A stretch of 64,000 bases of DNA from contig OZ250172.1 in the NCBI GenBank assembly GCA_965237905.1, forward strand, positions 160,001 through 224,000. The letters are read 5' to 3'. Below are positions 1-10,081 of the stretch, piece after piece. This DNA comes from Nitrospinaceae bacterium (GTDB lineage Bacteria; Nitrospinota; Nitrospinia; Nitrospinales; Nitrospinaceae). The notes beneath the pieces are model-generated. The model worked only from the letters and a program-made list of their open reading frames with translations. It was not told the origin of the DNA and did no database searches. Both the position numbers and the translations under genes were made by a program. Every line of letters starts with the position of its first letter. The first letter of the stretch is position 1.

Positions 1-1
1 G

Positions 2-1564
2 ACTGTCGGGGACTTCCATCGAAACTTCGGTTTGGTGCCGACTGGTCACGCTGATGGAAAATCCTTCTTCCTGAAACAAATTCTCCAGTTCTGGCGCATG
101 CGTCTGAATAAATTGAACGGCATCGGAGTTGGAGCCGGTGATGAGAATCGAAATTTCATCTTTGAATATCTTGGTTTCAATTCGCAGATCTCCCAATGCC
201 GAAAGATTGAGCAGGAAAACCAAATTAAAAACCCGATTAAGAGAATCGGATCCCTGACCTGCACCCTCTCTTTGATCGGAAAGAATATAAATTCTAAACC
301 GATCCTCTTCGCCCAGAAGATTTTCCGGAAGTTGCAACAGCAGTGGATGATTTTCCTCTTTGGAAAAATGATGAGTGAGCTGTTGCAATTCTATATTGTT
401 GACAGCTTGATTCACCTGCACCATCAACTTTCCAATAAATTTATCAGAAGCGGTGTTATCCGTTGCTCCGGTGGGAATCTGCTCCAACTGCCGGGCGAGG
501 CGCATCAATTGTCCTTTTAAGTCATTCTCTAAAAGAACATTTTTATTGGAGAGACCAGGCTCCGACACAAAGTCTTTTACCTTGGCCTCGTAATGAAACC
601 CGCTCCGGTCTACAATTTCTTTCAACTGGACTGCGTCGGGTGCTTTGAATTCTCCGGAAACTATCTTTTGAAGATTGACTTGCAGTTGTTTCAATTGTCC
701 TGGGTCGATATTCAATGTTTTTAATTGAGTCAGCGGACCCTTCAGAAATACGTCTTTGAGGCCTGCAAGCACCTGGATCAGAGGTTGCCGCGCCGGAAGA
801 TAATTTTTTAAAACAGACGCGTCAAGAGAAGGCCGGGCGGTGGAAGACGGGATGGATATCTGCTCCACTTCCAGCACAAACTTCCCTGAAGCGATGGACT
901 TGGCATGAATGGTTACAGGCTCGCTGGGCTGTAACTTTTGCGAAGCGGCATGTTTTATGGTCACCGCATTCCCGTTGAAGCGAACCTGAAGGGTTTCCCG
1001 ATCCACCACACGTAGAACCTCCGCTTTTCCTTTTTGTCCCACCTCGATACCCAGGCGTTTTAAATCTGCCTTTGAAAGCGGATCGATCACCTTCGCATTC
1101 AGTGCGGCTTGTTCGGTTTTGACACCCGGCGCTACATCTTTGTCTAGTACCGGTGCTCCCACATGAGAATCAGCCGATCGGTTTTGAAGGAACGTTTTGT
1201 CAAATGCTTGTGTGTTTAAAGGTGGCGGTTCTTTGGCCAGACTGCCCGGAGCAATTTTTTGTGAAGAGGAGAGAGAAGAAAGCTCCGTCAATTTTAATAT
1301 GGGGCTGGGGTGGATCTGCTCAATTTTGATTGCAATATTTTGACCCGGATTGACCGGACGTGGAAACTGCAATAAAAGTTTTTCTCCCTGAAGCTCGACC
1401 ACAGCCTTTTGTTCCGGCAATACCTGAATCACTTTCCCCGGAAGAGTCTGGCCGGTAGAATAACTTCGGATGAACGCATCCAGCTTGATGGTCTCAAGCT
1501 TGAGCGACAGCGCGTTGGAAAAAATCGGGCGAAGGGTATTGGGAGAAAGATTATCGGACAGCAT
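2..1564 (-). CDS. FliK-like flagellar hook-length control protein (partial, runs off the window start)
   Basis: Not in the ORF track. Manual translation from ATG at 1564 (MLSDNLSPNTLRPIFS...GQTLPGKVIQVLPEQKAVVELQG...), SGFHYEAKV near 560-610 and ...FIQTHAPELENLFQEEGFSISVTS at the window edge all lie in one frame; I checked these segments, not every codon. The motifs resemble FliK-family proteins and fliL lies upstream. Confidence 0.6.
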   Translation of the reverse strand, partial: MLSDNLSPNTLRPIFSNALSLKLETIKLDAFIRSYSTGQTLPGKVIQVLPEQKAVVELQGEKLLLQFPRPVNPGQNIAIKIEQIHPSPILKLTELSSLSSSQKIAPGSLAKEPPPLNTQAFDKTFLQNRSADSHVGAPVLDKDVAPGVKTEQAALNAKVIDPLSKADLKRLGIEVGQKGKAEVLRVVDRETLQVRFNGNAVTIKHAASQKLQPSEPVTIHAKSIASGKFVLEVEQISIPSSTARPSLDASVLKNYLPARQPLIQVLAGLKDVFLKGPLTQLKTLNIDPGQLKQLQVNLQKIVSGEFKAPDAVQLKEIVDRSGFHYEAKVKDFVSEPGLSNKNVLLENDLKGQLMRLARQLEQIPTGATDNTASDKFIGKLMVQVNQAVNNIELQQLTHHFSKEENHPLLLQLPENLLGEEDRFRIYILSDQREGAGQGSDSLNRVFNLVFLLNLSALGDLRIETKIFKDEISILITGSNSDAVQFIQTHAPELENLFQEEGFSISVTSRHQTEVSMEVPDS

Positions 1565-1584
1565 AAGCCGGGAAAAGTTTTGGG

Positions 1585-1917
1585 TTATACCACAATATCA
1601 AGATTGGACCCCTGGCTTTCGCCCACGGTTCCTCGGGGTGGTAGATTCCCTTTTCCTTCTTTATCGGCATTTTGAGTGGTTTTCTTGAAGCGAAGGCGTC
1701 TCCTGCCGCGGCCACTTTCATCTGGATTGGTCGGCTCTGCTGGATTAGTTCCTTCAGGGTCTTGTAATTCAGTGCGTTTGGCTTCATCCAATAAAACGCG
1801 TTCCTGATTCTGAATCTGATCGGCGGCAAGATGGAGTACCTGCTGGGCCTGCACCTTTTCCACGGCAGAACTCATCTGCAAAACCTGCTGCATATTAGTG
1901 GGTTCAATGACGGGCAT
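1585..1917 (-). CDS. hypothetical protein (Gln/charged-rich, in flagellar context)
   Basis: ORF between fliL and the FliK-like gene on the same strand; likely start at MPVIEPTN (track start 1929). Confidence 0.6.
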   Translation of the reverse strand: MPVIEPTNMQQVLQMSSAVEKVQAQQVLHLAADQIQNQERVLLDEAKRTELQDPEGTNPAEPTNPDESGRGRRRLRFKKTTQNADKEGKGNLPPRGTVGESQGSNLDIVV

Positions 1918-2009
1918 GACAATAACCACTTTTTTAATAATGGTTTATATACTCTTAATATACAACCTTGACTAGGGATGTCAAGGCGAGCCCTACTCAC
2001 AAACAAGGC

Positions 2010-2633
2010 TCAGGAGGGGCTGATAATAAACTCGGTAAAAATGATATTGGTAATCGTACCCGTTCCACTCAACAGAAAAGAATTGGAGGCCGTCAGAATT
2101 TCTCTTTTAATCTTTTCTTCAATTTTAACTCCCCCTTTTTCAAAATCTTTAAACTTTTTTCGGCTGATCACGGCGTACACACTCTGACGAATTAAAGGCC
2201 GGGCTTTGTCGATATCTTTGCGGAGTCTGCGATTGCTCAACACGAGATGCGCGGTCACATGAAGGAATTTTCCTGTTTCCTTGTTCTTGCTGAGGATAGG
2301 GACAAAAAATGGTTCGAGGGGATAAATATTGGGTTTTTGAACTTGAATGGTCGAGGGAATCAAATCTCGAACCGGTGTCTGCTCCATCGTAGAAACCTGG
2401 GATACCTCCGAACTGCTTTCCATTAAACTCAATACTCCCCAACCGGCTCCCCAGATCAACAGAATAGCCACCGCCAATCCCAAAAACAGCTTTGGATTGA
2501 GAAATCTCTTTAAAGGATGGGTTTGAAGGATTTTTTCTTCAGCCCTCTCCTCTTCTTCCCTTAACAGGCGCTCGATTTCTTCCGCTTCACGCAAGTCAAG
2601 ATCCGGCACCTGTCCTAATCTTTCCTGAGCCAT
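2010..2633 (-). CDS. fliL: flagellar basal body-associated FliL family protein
   Basis: Single TM segment followed by YPLEPFFVPI...GKFLHV...PLIRQSV...ITNIIFTEFII, the typical FliL C-terminal pattern. Confidence 0.75.
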   Translation of the reverse strand: MAQERLGQVPDLDLREAEEIERLLREEEERAEEKILQTHPLKRFLNPKLFLGLAVAILLIWGAGWGVLSLMESSSEVSQVSTMEQTPVRDLIPSTIQVQKPNIYPLEPFFVPILSKNKETGKFLHVTAHLVLSNRRLRKDIDKARPLIRQSVYAVISRKKFKDFEKGGVKIEEKIKREILTASNSFLLSGTGTITNIIFTEFIISPS

Positions 2634-2638
2634 AATCG

Positions 2639-3247
2639 TTAAACCGCCAACTGTTTCAATTGATGGAACAATGCCTCTACCTTTTCCTTCAATTCGGATA
2701 ACCCTGAATCATTGTGAAGTACATAATCGGCAAATTTGATTTTCTCTTCAAGAGGCATCTGTTGTTGTAATCGTCTTTGGGCATCTTCCCGTGAAAACGT
2801 ATTTTTGGCCATGATCCTATGAAGCTGGGTTTCCTCATCGCAGGCAATCACAATCACCTTATCTACTTTACGGTAATTTTCCGATTCAATTAACAGGGCC
2901 GCATCAATTATTACCAATGCTCCGGGATCGTCTTTCAGGATATCCTTATAAATAGCCTGTTCTTCCGCCATCACCCGCGGGTGAAGAATGATCTCCAGCG
3001 CCTTTTTTTTCTCCGGATCATTAAAGACGATATCCGCGACTTTTCGGCGATCCAAGGTTTGGTCGTCCTTTAAAATGCCGTTGCCCAATAAATCCACAAT
3101 TTCCCGCCACGCCGGCTTTTCAGGTTCTACCAGGGACCGGCATATCTCATCCGCATCCAGAACGCGGGCACCCAATGCTTTAAATAATTTTGCGACAGTC
3201 GTTTTTCCGGAACCCATGCCGCCGGTCAGACCCGCCAAAAGAGCCAC
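2639..3247 (-). CDS. coaE: dephospho-CoA kinase
   Basis: GLTGGMGSGKT P-loop, LDADEI, LDRRKVADIVF, ILHPRV, ADYVLHN. Confidence 0.95.
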   Translation of the reverse strand: MALLAGLTGGMGSGKTTVAKLFKALGARVLDADEICRSLVEPEKPAWREIVDLLGNGILKDDQTLDRRKVADIVFNDPEKKKALEIILHPRVMAEEQAIYKDILKDDPGALVIIDAALLIESENYRKVDKVIVIACDEETQLHRIMAKNTFSREDAQRRLQQQMPLEEKIKFADYVLHNDSGLSELKEKVEALFHQLKQLAV

Positions 3248-3279
3248 AATGCCTCCAGAGATTATTTAAGGAAATTCGA

Positions 3280-4134
3280 TTATAAGGATTTCAGGACGTC
3301 CTGATAAAGCCGCATCATCATTTTGGTAATGGGTCCCGGCTTGCCGTTTCCGATGGGTCTACCATCCAACGAGGTAACCGGCATAACCATTTTAACGGTA
3401 CCCGTGATGAAGGCTTCCTCCGCATTTTGGAGAACATCGGGAGGCCACTCCCCTTCTTCCACCAGCACGCCATTTTCACGGGCCAATCGAAGAACCACTT
3501 CCCGTGTGATCCCGGATAGAATACCGCAATCCGACGAAGGGGTCATCAGGCGCTGGTCACGGACAAAAAAGAAGTTGCTGGTGGTGCACTCGGTCAATTG
3601 TCCGGTCGGGTTCAGCATCAACGCGTCCGCCGCACCCGCTTTTCGGGCTTCCACCTTGGCCAGAACGTTATTGAGATAATTTCCGGTTTTGATTCCCGGA
3701 TTGAGCGCTTCCTTGGGATTTCTCTTAACGGAAACCAACGCGACTTTGATCCCATTCATATAATTCTCTTCGGGATATTGCAGGATGGATTTGACAAATA
3801 TCAGGACATTCGGCTCGGTGCAGGTTTCGGGGTCGATATCCATCTCCCCTACCCCACGGGTGACGATAACCCGGATGTAGGATTCCGGGTTCCCCGCCGC
3901 CTCCACCGTTTTATGAATTTCCTGCATCATTTGTTCGTCGGTGAGAGGAATTTCCAAAGAAATTGCGCTGGCGGAACTTCTCAATCGCCGCAAGTGTTCA
4001 TTGACAAAACACAAGTGTCCATGATGCGTACTGATCACTTCATAGACGCTGTCCCCAAACAGAAACCCATGGTCAAAAACCGAGATATGCGCATCCGGGT
4101 GAATTTCACCATTTAAATTAATTCGAGTGGTCAT
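3280..4134 (-). CDS. PLP-dependent aminotransferase class IV (branched-chain/D-amino acid aminotransferase or ADC lyase)
   Basis: DHGFLFGDSVYE, catalytic Lys in IKTGNYL, ECTTSNFF, ILSGITR, EEAFITGT. Confidence 0.9.
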   Translation of the reverse strand: MTTRINLNGEIHPDAHISVFDHGFLFGDSVYEVISTHHGHLCFVNEHLRRLRSSASAISLEIPLTDEQMMQEIHKTVEAAGNPESYIRVIVTRGVGEMDIDPETCTEPNVLIFVKSILQYPEENYMNGIKVALVSVKRNPKEALNPGIKTGNYLNNVLAKVEARKAGAADALMLNPTGQLTECTTSNFFFVRDQRLMTPSSDCGILSGITREVVLRLARENGVLVEEGEWPPDVLQNAEEAFITGTVKMVMPVTSLDGRPIGNGKPGPITKMMMRLYQDVLKSL

Positions 4135-4203
4135 AGTGGATGTCGTTCAAGGAAGGAAAATTTATCTTGAAAAGATGGGCTTGGAGATTTCTTAAGTTTC
4201 TAA

Positions 4204-4890
4204 TTATTGATTGTCGGCAATTTCGTTAAGGATCTTATCCAGTTTTTCACGATCCTCTTCCGTATAATCATCCTGCGGCGGCGAATCCAAACGGGTCAAA
4301 GCAGACGTTTTCTCCTGCAGTTCTTTCTTCTGTTTGGCCATGTGTTCTGTAATTCCCTCCATATCGGGTATCTGTCGCCGCATCCCCTTTAAAGAACCGG
4401 GCATGCTACGGTTGAATCCGGGCTCCAGCTCGACGCTTTCCCGGATATCGTCGACCCAATCTTCCAGGTAAGGAGCCACCAGGGAATCTTCGGTCCAACG
4501 GGCGTAGGACTCGTCGAACCATTGCAGGGGAAACATGAAGACAATCATCAGAAGGATTCCCTTGGCCATCCCAAAAAAACCGCCCAGGAAACGGTCCCAT
4601 CCCGAAATGGTATGAGTTGAATGCAGGTATTTTTTGACCATGCGCCCCAACAGGGCAACACACAGCAGGCCAACTATAAATAAGATGATAAAACTAAGAA
4701 TATCGGCCAAGGTCTCTTCGGTAATCACTCCGCCAATCACGACGGCCAAATTCGAATACAGATTCAACGCCACCAGATAGGCCACGACCAAAGCCACCAG
4801 GGAAAAGGCTTCCCTCACCATACCCTTCCAAACGGAATAGAGAATGCTTAAACCGATGATGATGAACGCAAAGACATCGAATGAAATCAT
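4204..4890 (-). CDS. cvpA: CvpA (colicin V production) family membrane protein
   Basis: KGMVREAFSL and DRFLGGFFGMAKG motifs, 4 TM segments, extended C-terminus. Confidence 0.85.
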   Translation of the reverse strand: MISFDVFAFIIIGLSILYSVWKGMVREAFSLVALVVAYLVALNLYSNLAVVIGGVITEETLADILSFIILFIVGLLCVALLGRMVKKYLHSTHTISGWDRFLGGFFGMAKGILLMIVFMFPLQWFDESYARWTEDSLVAPYLEDWVDDIRESVELEPGFNRSMPGSLKGMRRQIPDMEGITEHMAKQKKELQEKTSALTRLDSPPQDDYTEEDREKLDKILNEIADNQ

Positions 4891-4891
4891 T

Positions 4892-7318
4892 TCAATTGTT
4901 CCTGACGGTCAAGATGCTCTGAAAATCATGGATTCCGCCCTCTCCATACAGGGTTTTGTAAATCACATAATTTCTCAGGACTTTTTTAACGTAGTTCCGG
5001 GTTTCCTTGTAAGGGATGCTTTCCATGAATTCCAGTGACTTCAAATGGGAACGGATCTCCATCCACTGTTTGACTTTACTCGGACCGGCATTGTAGGACG
5101 CCAGTGCAAATATAATATTATCCTCAAAGTTGTTCAACAATCCACTCAGATATTTTACACCTAATTGGATATTAACTTCAGGTTTTTTCAGGTCATTTTG
5201 GTCTGGAGGTTCTGCCCCCATGGAACGTGCCACCCGCGTGGCAGTGCTGGGAAGCAATTGCATCAAACCGATGGCGCGGGCGGAGGAAACCACTTTCTTG
5301 TTGAAGGCGCTTTCCTGACGCATCAACGCCAGCATCAAATAGGGGCTCAATTTGTATTGCGAGCTTTCCTGTTTCGCTTTTTCAATATACGGTTTGGGAA
5401 AAAGAATTTCTGCGAGGGACGGCGAAATGGAATCATGGCGATTTTTACTGGAGATTCCCCAGGATAAACTGATGGCCCTTTGATATCCGCCGGCTTTTTT
5501 AAACAATTGCGCCATATAATATAAAAACTCCTGGTTATCTCCCTCCTGGGGGATCACCGAAAGTTCCTTCATACCCATTTCCAGAAATCCTATAGAAATC
5601 AATTTTTCCGCCCGGTTAATCCGCTTTCGATTGATATCTCCCAATCCCCATTTGCGCGGAGAGGATTTCTGGATGGAACGGGGTTCCAGGAAATTCAGAG
5701 GTTGCATGGACATTTCTATTCTTGCGACCATGGCATAAAAATCCATAGGAAATCTTTCCACCAACTGCTTGAGAAATACGACCCTCGATTCATAGTTTTC
5801 TAATTCACGTTCCGTTTCCGCCAGCCAGTATAAGGCCGCAGGACGAAAGTCATCCGGTTCCTGAAAACCATTGCCCAGGTTTCTAAACTTTTCAGGTTTA
5901 GCGTACTTCAATAATTTGTTAAACCCGGCTTTGGCTTCTTCCAACTGCCCTTGTAGCCGATGCAACCAGGGAATTTTAAATTGGGCGGAAGGCGTGAAAT
6001 AACCCCAATTGTATTTGTCCAGGAGCTTTTCGTAATAATCAATGGCCTTCGGGTATCGATGGTTGTCTTCCTCAATCCTTCCCATAAAATATAAAGCTTT
6101 ATGACAGGCCAGGGTTTCGGTGGGATGATTGTCGAGAATCTTTTGATAAACCAACTGGGCGGTATCGGGAAATCCGCTTTCCCATAGACGGCTGGCCAGT
6201 TTGTTCACATAATAAACAGGGTATAGATCCACCAGGCGATCCATTCCATCACTCCATTGCTCCTTCTGAACCTTTTTCAAAATGGCGTGATTGACATGGT
6301 TAAAAATCCCTTTGGTATTGTCATCCCCGGGAAATTCCTTGAGCACTTTCTCGCCATATTCCACAATTTTTGGGGAATCGCCACTACTTAAAGCGTGGTA
6401 CAGGCGGTCGAAGGTCTCATTATTGGTATGAGGCCACTGGGGGATTTTTCGCGCCACGGACTTCTTTCGCGGACCGCCTTCTTTTCTTTTAACTTTTAAT
6501 AGTTTTTTTAATTGCCTGCCACTGCCATTAGCTGCCTCCAAAGCCTTCCGATTATTTTTAAGAAAAGTAATCGCCGCATTTGTGGTTTGGATTGAGGAAA
6601 AATTGTTTAAAAGATAAATATGAGTATCCGCCGCTTCGTTCAGATCGGCTCCAGCCTCATAAGTTCGAGCTAAGGCAGTGTAGATTTTTAAATGGGTTTC
6701 TTTATAATTCGGATATTCACGCGCCAGAGCATTGTTATAACTATTCCAAGCTGCAGGATAATCCGCTTTTTTGAAATAAATATCTCCCAATTGAGTTTCG
6801 ATTTGCGCCAGGATTGGGGGTACATCTTCATGAAAGGGACTTGAAGGAAAGCTTTTGAATAGGATCATTTGATTTTTAATTGCTTCTTTTAAATATTCGA
6901 TCGCCTGATCAAAGTCATCTTCTTGGGCGCTCTCTTCCGCCAAAGCGCGCAACGCAACGGTTAGAAAATAGGTTCTGAAATCCTCTAAAATAAACTCTTC
7001 ATTTACTTCTTCATCTAAAATCTCAAACGCTTTTTTATAATTCTTTTGAAGCAGATGAATATAGGAAATGCCTAAATGAATTAGATTATTTTGGGTTGGA
7101 GATTCCGCCTGGTCGCGGGCATCCATAAATTTCTGCAAAACAAGCTCCCTGTCGTTGGGGCTCAGATTTTTTAAACTGGGAATTTCTTCTTTAAATAAAA
7201 AGTCGGCGGGAAAGGTTTTTCCGGTTCCAAATACATCCAAATGGTCGGCAAGGGCGGGTAAGGGACAAAGCCCCAAAAGCATCAACAGAATGAAAAACGA
7301 TCGTCTAATAATTTTCAT
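4892..7318 (-). CDS. soluble lytic murein transglycosylase with TPR/helical N-terminus
   Basis: Signal peptide, TPR-like repeats, C-terminal SLT domain (MRQESAF, AIGLMQL, ASYNAGP, IPYKETRNYV). Confidence 0.9.
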   Translation of the reverse strand: MKIIRRSFFILLMLLGLCPLPALADHLDVFGTGKTFPADFLFKEEIPSLKNLSPNDRELVLQKFMDARDQAESPTQNNLIHLGISYIHLLQKNYKKAFEILDEEVNEEFILEDFRTYFLTVALRALAEESAQEDDFDQAIEYLKEAIKNQMILFKSFPSSPFHEDVPPILAQIETQLGDIYFKKADYPAAWNSYNNALAREYPNYKETHLKIYTALARTYEAGADLNEAADTHIYLLNNFSSIQTTNAAITFLKNNRKALEAANGSGRQLKKLLKVKRKEGGPRKKSVARKIPQWPHTNNETFDRLYHALSSGDSPKIVEYGEKVLKEFPGDDNTKGIFNHVNHAILKKVQKEQWSDGMDRLVDLYPVYYVNKLASRLWESGFPDTAQLVYQKILDNHPTETLACHKALYFMGRIEEDNHRYPKAIDYYEKLLDKYNWGYFTPSAQFKIPWLHRLQGQLEEAKAGFNKLLKYAKPEKFRNLGNGFQEPDDFRPAALYWLAETERELENYESRVVFLKQLVERFPMDFYAMVARIEMSMQPLNFLEPRSIQKSSPRKWGLGDINRKRINRAEKLISIGFLEMGMKELSVIPQEGDNQEFLYYMAQLFKKAGGYQRAISLSWGISSKNRHDSISPSLAEILFPKPYIEKAKQESSQYKLSPYLMLALMRQESAFNKKVVSSARAIGLMQLLPSTATRVARSMGAEPPDQNDLKKPEVNIQLGVKYLSGLLNNFEDNIIFALASYNAGPSKVKQWMEIRSHLKSLEFMESIPYKETRNYVKKVLRNYVIYKTLYGEGGIHDFQSILTVRNN

Positions 7319-7407
7319 TAAGGCGTCTTGTAAAAGGACTATCGGGTGACAACTCCAACCGGCTGTTCTCCGACTTCAGAAAAACTCGACAAAGAATTAC
7401 GAGGGGT

Positions 7408-7426
7408 TCTGGAAATCATTTCCAGA
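7408..7426. promoter_or_regulatory. perfect 9-1-9 palindrome, putative operator
   Basis: TCTGGAAAT-C-ATTTCCAGA upstream of the slt-like gene, just 3' of a minus-strand TTGAGA-N17-GATACT promoter-like element. Confidence 0.45.
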
Positions 7427-7474
7427 CAACTAGTATCAGGCAATCGGACCTCATTCTCAAGTATTTTAGGATGG

Positions 7475-7981
7475 TTAAGCTTTTGATTTTAAATAGTTAT
7501 CAAAAAACAGATGAAATGTGGAGGTGAATTGGCCGGGATGGTTGTGAATAGACTCTTTTAGTTCAGGTATTAACCAAAACCGGCCTTCACTGATTTCCAG
7601 GAGGTTGATGGTGATTTTCTGATCGGTCGTGCATAGATAGGTTTCGACATGTTCCCAGTATGTTTCCCTGCTGGCAGGAAATTTCATAAAAAACTGCAAT
7701 TCCCCGGAAATTCCCAACTCCTCCATGAGCTCCCTATCGGCGCTCGTCCGGTAGTCCTCTCCTGCATTCACATGCCCCGCCGCCGAAGAATCCCAATAAC
7801 CCGGATTTTCATCCTTGGTCATGGCCCGTTTCTGAAGAAACAACTCTCCCCGGGAATTGAATACTAAAATATGTACGGAACGGTGCAACAGGCCTTTCGC
7901 ATGGACTTCTCCCCGGGCGGCTTGCCCAATGACTCGGTCCTCGGAATCCACCACATCAAATAATTCTGAGGAGTCATCCAT
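7475..7981 (-). CDS. NUDIX hydrolase (IPP isomerase type 1-like)
   Basis: LLHRSVHILVFN, AGHVNAGEDYRTSADRELMEELG Nudix box. Confidence 0.85.
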   Translation of the reverse strand: MDDSSELFDVVDSEDRVIGQAARGEVHAKGLLHRSVHILVFNSRGELFLQKRAMTKDENPGYWDSSAAGHVNAGEDYRTSADRELMEELGISGELQFFMKFPASRETYWEHVETYLCTTDQKITINLLEISEGRFWLIPELKESIHNHPGQFTSTFHLFFDNYLKSKA

Positions 7982-8030
7982 ACATTAAAGTTCAAAAGAA
8001 AAATTAGTGGCTACTGAGCGGCGGAAACAA

Positions 8031-9353
8031 TCAAGCGGTTTCCCGCATCGATTTCAAATAGCTGAGCTCATTGGGAATGTTTGTATCCTCGCAATAATTG
8101 TGATCGGCCAGGATTTGCAAGTCATCTAAAACGCGCTTGTCGCCTTCGAAGACTACCGTTTGATAACCCTTATCCGCCACCGCCCCGCCTGCCTGAAGCA
8201 GACTCATTACGGAACGGGCATTGAATTTTTCACCATCGACAATGAGAAAAGCGTCGGCGTCATAATTGCGCACGATCAGAGAAATATAGGTCGAAGGGCG
8301 GGCATGAAACCCTAAAGGAGTGGGAATGGATAATTCATATCGAACGGTCTTGACAAAATTTTTCAACAGTTCTTTGCCCAGCAAATCCCCTTCTCGAATA
8401 TAAAAAATACAGTTCTTGAAACAGAAATTCACTATTTGACTCAACAGCTCATCCTTGTTGACCAACGTGGAAATAATGTGTTTGCATTCCCCCTGGCGAA
8501 TTTCATCCTCGTGCCTCTCATAAAAATGGGTCAGCCAAATGGTGACTTCCAGCAAATGAAGCGGCATCGAAATATATCCACGAAAAGTTTTGAGTTCCTC
8601 GTATCTTTTCTGAATATAGGTTCCTTTGATATAGGTATCGAATTCGGATTGTACGCTATGGACCAAACTCATTACCATTCGTGCTTTTTTTTCATCGATG
8701 ATTTCAAGAACGATTCTTTTTAGATTTCCTTTCTTCTGCTGGACCCGTGCATTGATTTCCTCCATCATGCCGGCCACGTTACTCATTTTCTCGAACATAT
8801 CAATGATACGTTCTTCATCTTCCTTGATCTGCTCATCCTCGGCATTTTTGGGAAGCTGTTTGTTCACTTCGACCTCTGAAAACTGGTTTGGATCAACCGA
8901 TTCCTTGGAAAAGTTCAGATAATTTTTTTCGCCGGCGCGAAGGCATTCCTCATACAAGTTGAGAATGGACTGATTTAAAAAATCCGACACCTCCTGGGTT
9001 TCTTTGAAAAAACTTTCTTTTTTCTCCTCGGAATCCCGGAGGTTGTAAAAGGGATAACGGTCCACCAAATGCTTGATGTAAAAACCTGCAATGACCAGGT
9101 TCCGTATCGAAGCCACATACTCGGTAAAAAAGGACCATGTCTTGTTTTGCCGGGCGCCGTGCTCATCCATGAAGCTTTCCAGAAGTTCCGCTTGTTGAAT
9201 CAGATTGGAATAGCACTTACGGTTGGCATCGTGCCTTTTGTTGGGAAGCGATGCAAAGGAATTGAAGGTTTTGAAAAATTGGGCTCCCGCCTCTTCCACC
9301 AAAGGAAGAAATTCTTCTTCGGAAATGATCTGGATGAGCGATTTAGGTTCCAA
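8031..9353 (-). CDS. large helical protein with C-terminal HPr (PTS phosphocarrier) domain
   Basis: C-terminal GFHARPSTYIS (His15 equivalent) and NARSVMSLL (Ser46 equivalent). Confidence 0.75.
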   Translation of the reverse strand: MEPKSLIQIISEEEFLPLVEEAGAQFFKTFNSFASLPNKRHDANRKCYSNLIQQAELLESFMDEHGARQNKTWSFFTEYVASIRNLVIAGFYIKHLVDRYPFYNLRDSEEKKESFFKETQEVSDFLNQSILNLYEECLRAGEKNYLNFSKESVDPNQFSEVEVNKQLPKNAEDEQIKEDEERIIDMFEKMSNVAGMMEEINARVQQKKGNLKRIVLEIIDEKKARMVMSLVHSVQSEFDTYIKGTYIQKRYEELKTFRGYISMPLHLLEVTIWLTHFYERHEDEIRQGECKHIISTLVNKDELLSQIVNFCFKNCIFYIREGDLLGKELLKNFVKTVRYELSIPTPLGFHARPSTYISLIVRNYDADAFLIVDGEKFNARSVMSLLQAGGAVADKGYQTVVFEGDKRVLDDLQILADHNYCEDTNIPNELSYLKSMRETA

Positions 9354-9401
9354 GGGTGGATTCCATAATGATCCGGCCGATACCAGCCAACCGGAAGCGG
9401 T

Positions 9402-9944
9402 TCAATTCATCAAATTCCGGGCGACGAATGATTTGGGAAGATATTTCATCCAGCTTTCGACATGCGAGGTCGGACCCACGGGAACCACCAATTGGTGGAA
9501 ATTGAAATTTGGCCGGTCCGGTTTCTTGCCCAGCTTCATGTTGGCCTCCCGAGCCGTCCGGCTCCCCTTTTTCATGTTACAGGGTTTGCAGGCCACCACC
9601 ACATTGGTCCAGATGGTTTTCCCGCCGCGGGATTTCGGAATGACGTGATCCACGGTCAGGGGATATTCCCGGTCCCCGCAATACTGACAGGTAAAATTAT
9701 CTCTTCTCAATATATTTTTTTTGCTGAAGGAAATATTCTTTCGCACTTTGCGCTTGACCAGATTGAGCACACGAATCACCGTAGGCACTTGTAACGACAT
9801 CGAAGGGGATCGAACCACATAACCGTCGCACTCGATTTGCTCGGCGCGGCCGCTCAGTACCATCACAAGACCCCGCTTGGCGCTACAAAACTGCAACGGC
9901 TCGTAGGAATAATTGAGGATCAATATTTTTAAGGAATTCAACAT
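9402..9944 (-). CDS. HNH endonuclease family protein
   Basis: RDNFTCQYCG...TVDHVIPKSRGG...NVVVACKPCNMKK. Confidence 0.9.
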   Translation of the reverse strand: MLNSLKILILNYSYEPLQFCSAKRGLVMVLSGRAEQIECDGYVVRSPSMSLQVPTVIRVLNLVKRKVRKNISFSKKNILRRDNFTCQYCGDREYPLTVDHVIPKSRGGKTIWTNVVVACKPCNMKKGSRTAREANMKLGKKPDRPNFNFHQLVVPVGPTSHVESWMKYLPKSFVARNLMN

Positions 9945-10081
9945 GGTCGTTTAATTCACAAAGAAATTTGCACATCTTCGAAAACATAGAGTAAATCTTG
10001 TTGATTTTACTCTTACTCCCCTTGACCGTCAACATCCTCCGTTTTCCCGAATATCTCCTCGATAAGACGTAAATCGTTATT

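Noticed and set aside
9402..9944. HNH nuclease, with the EVE gene at 26262, as a defence system or mobile element
   Set aside because: Both are common stand-alone types in housekeeping context, 16 kb apart, with no methylase or other defence genes.
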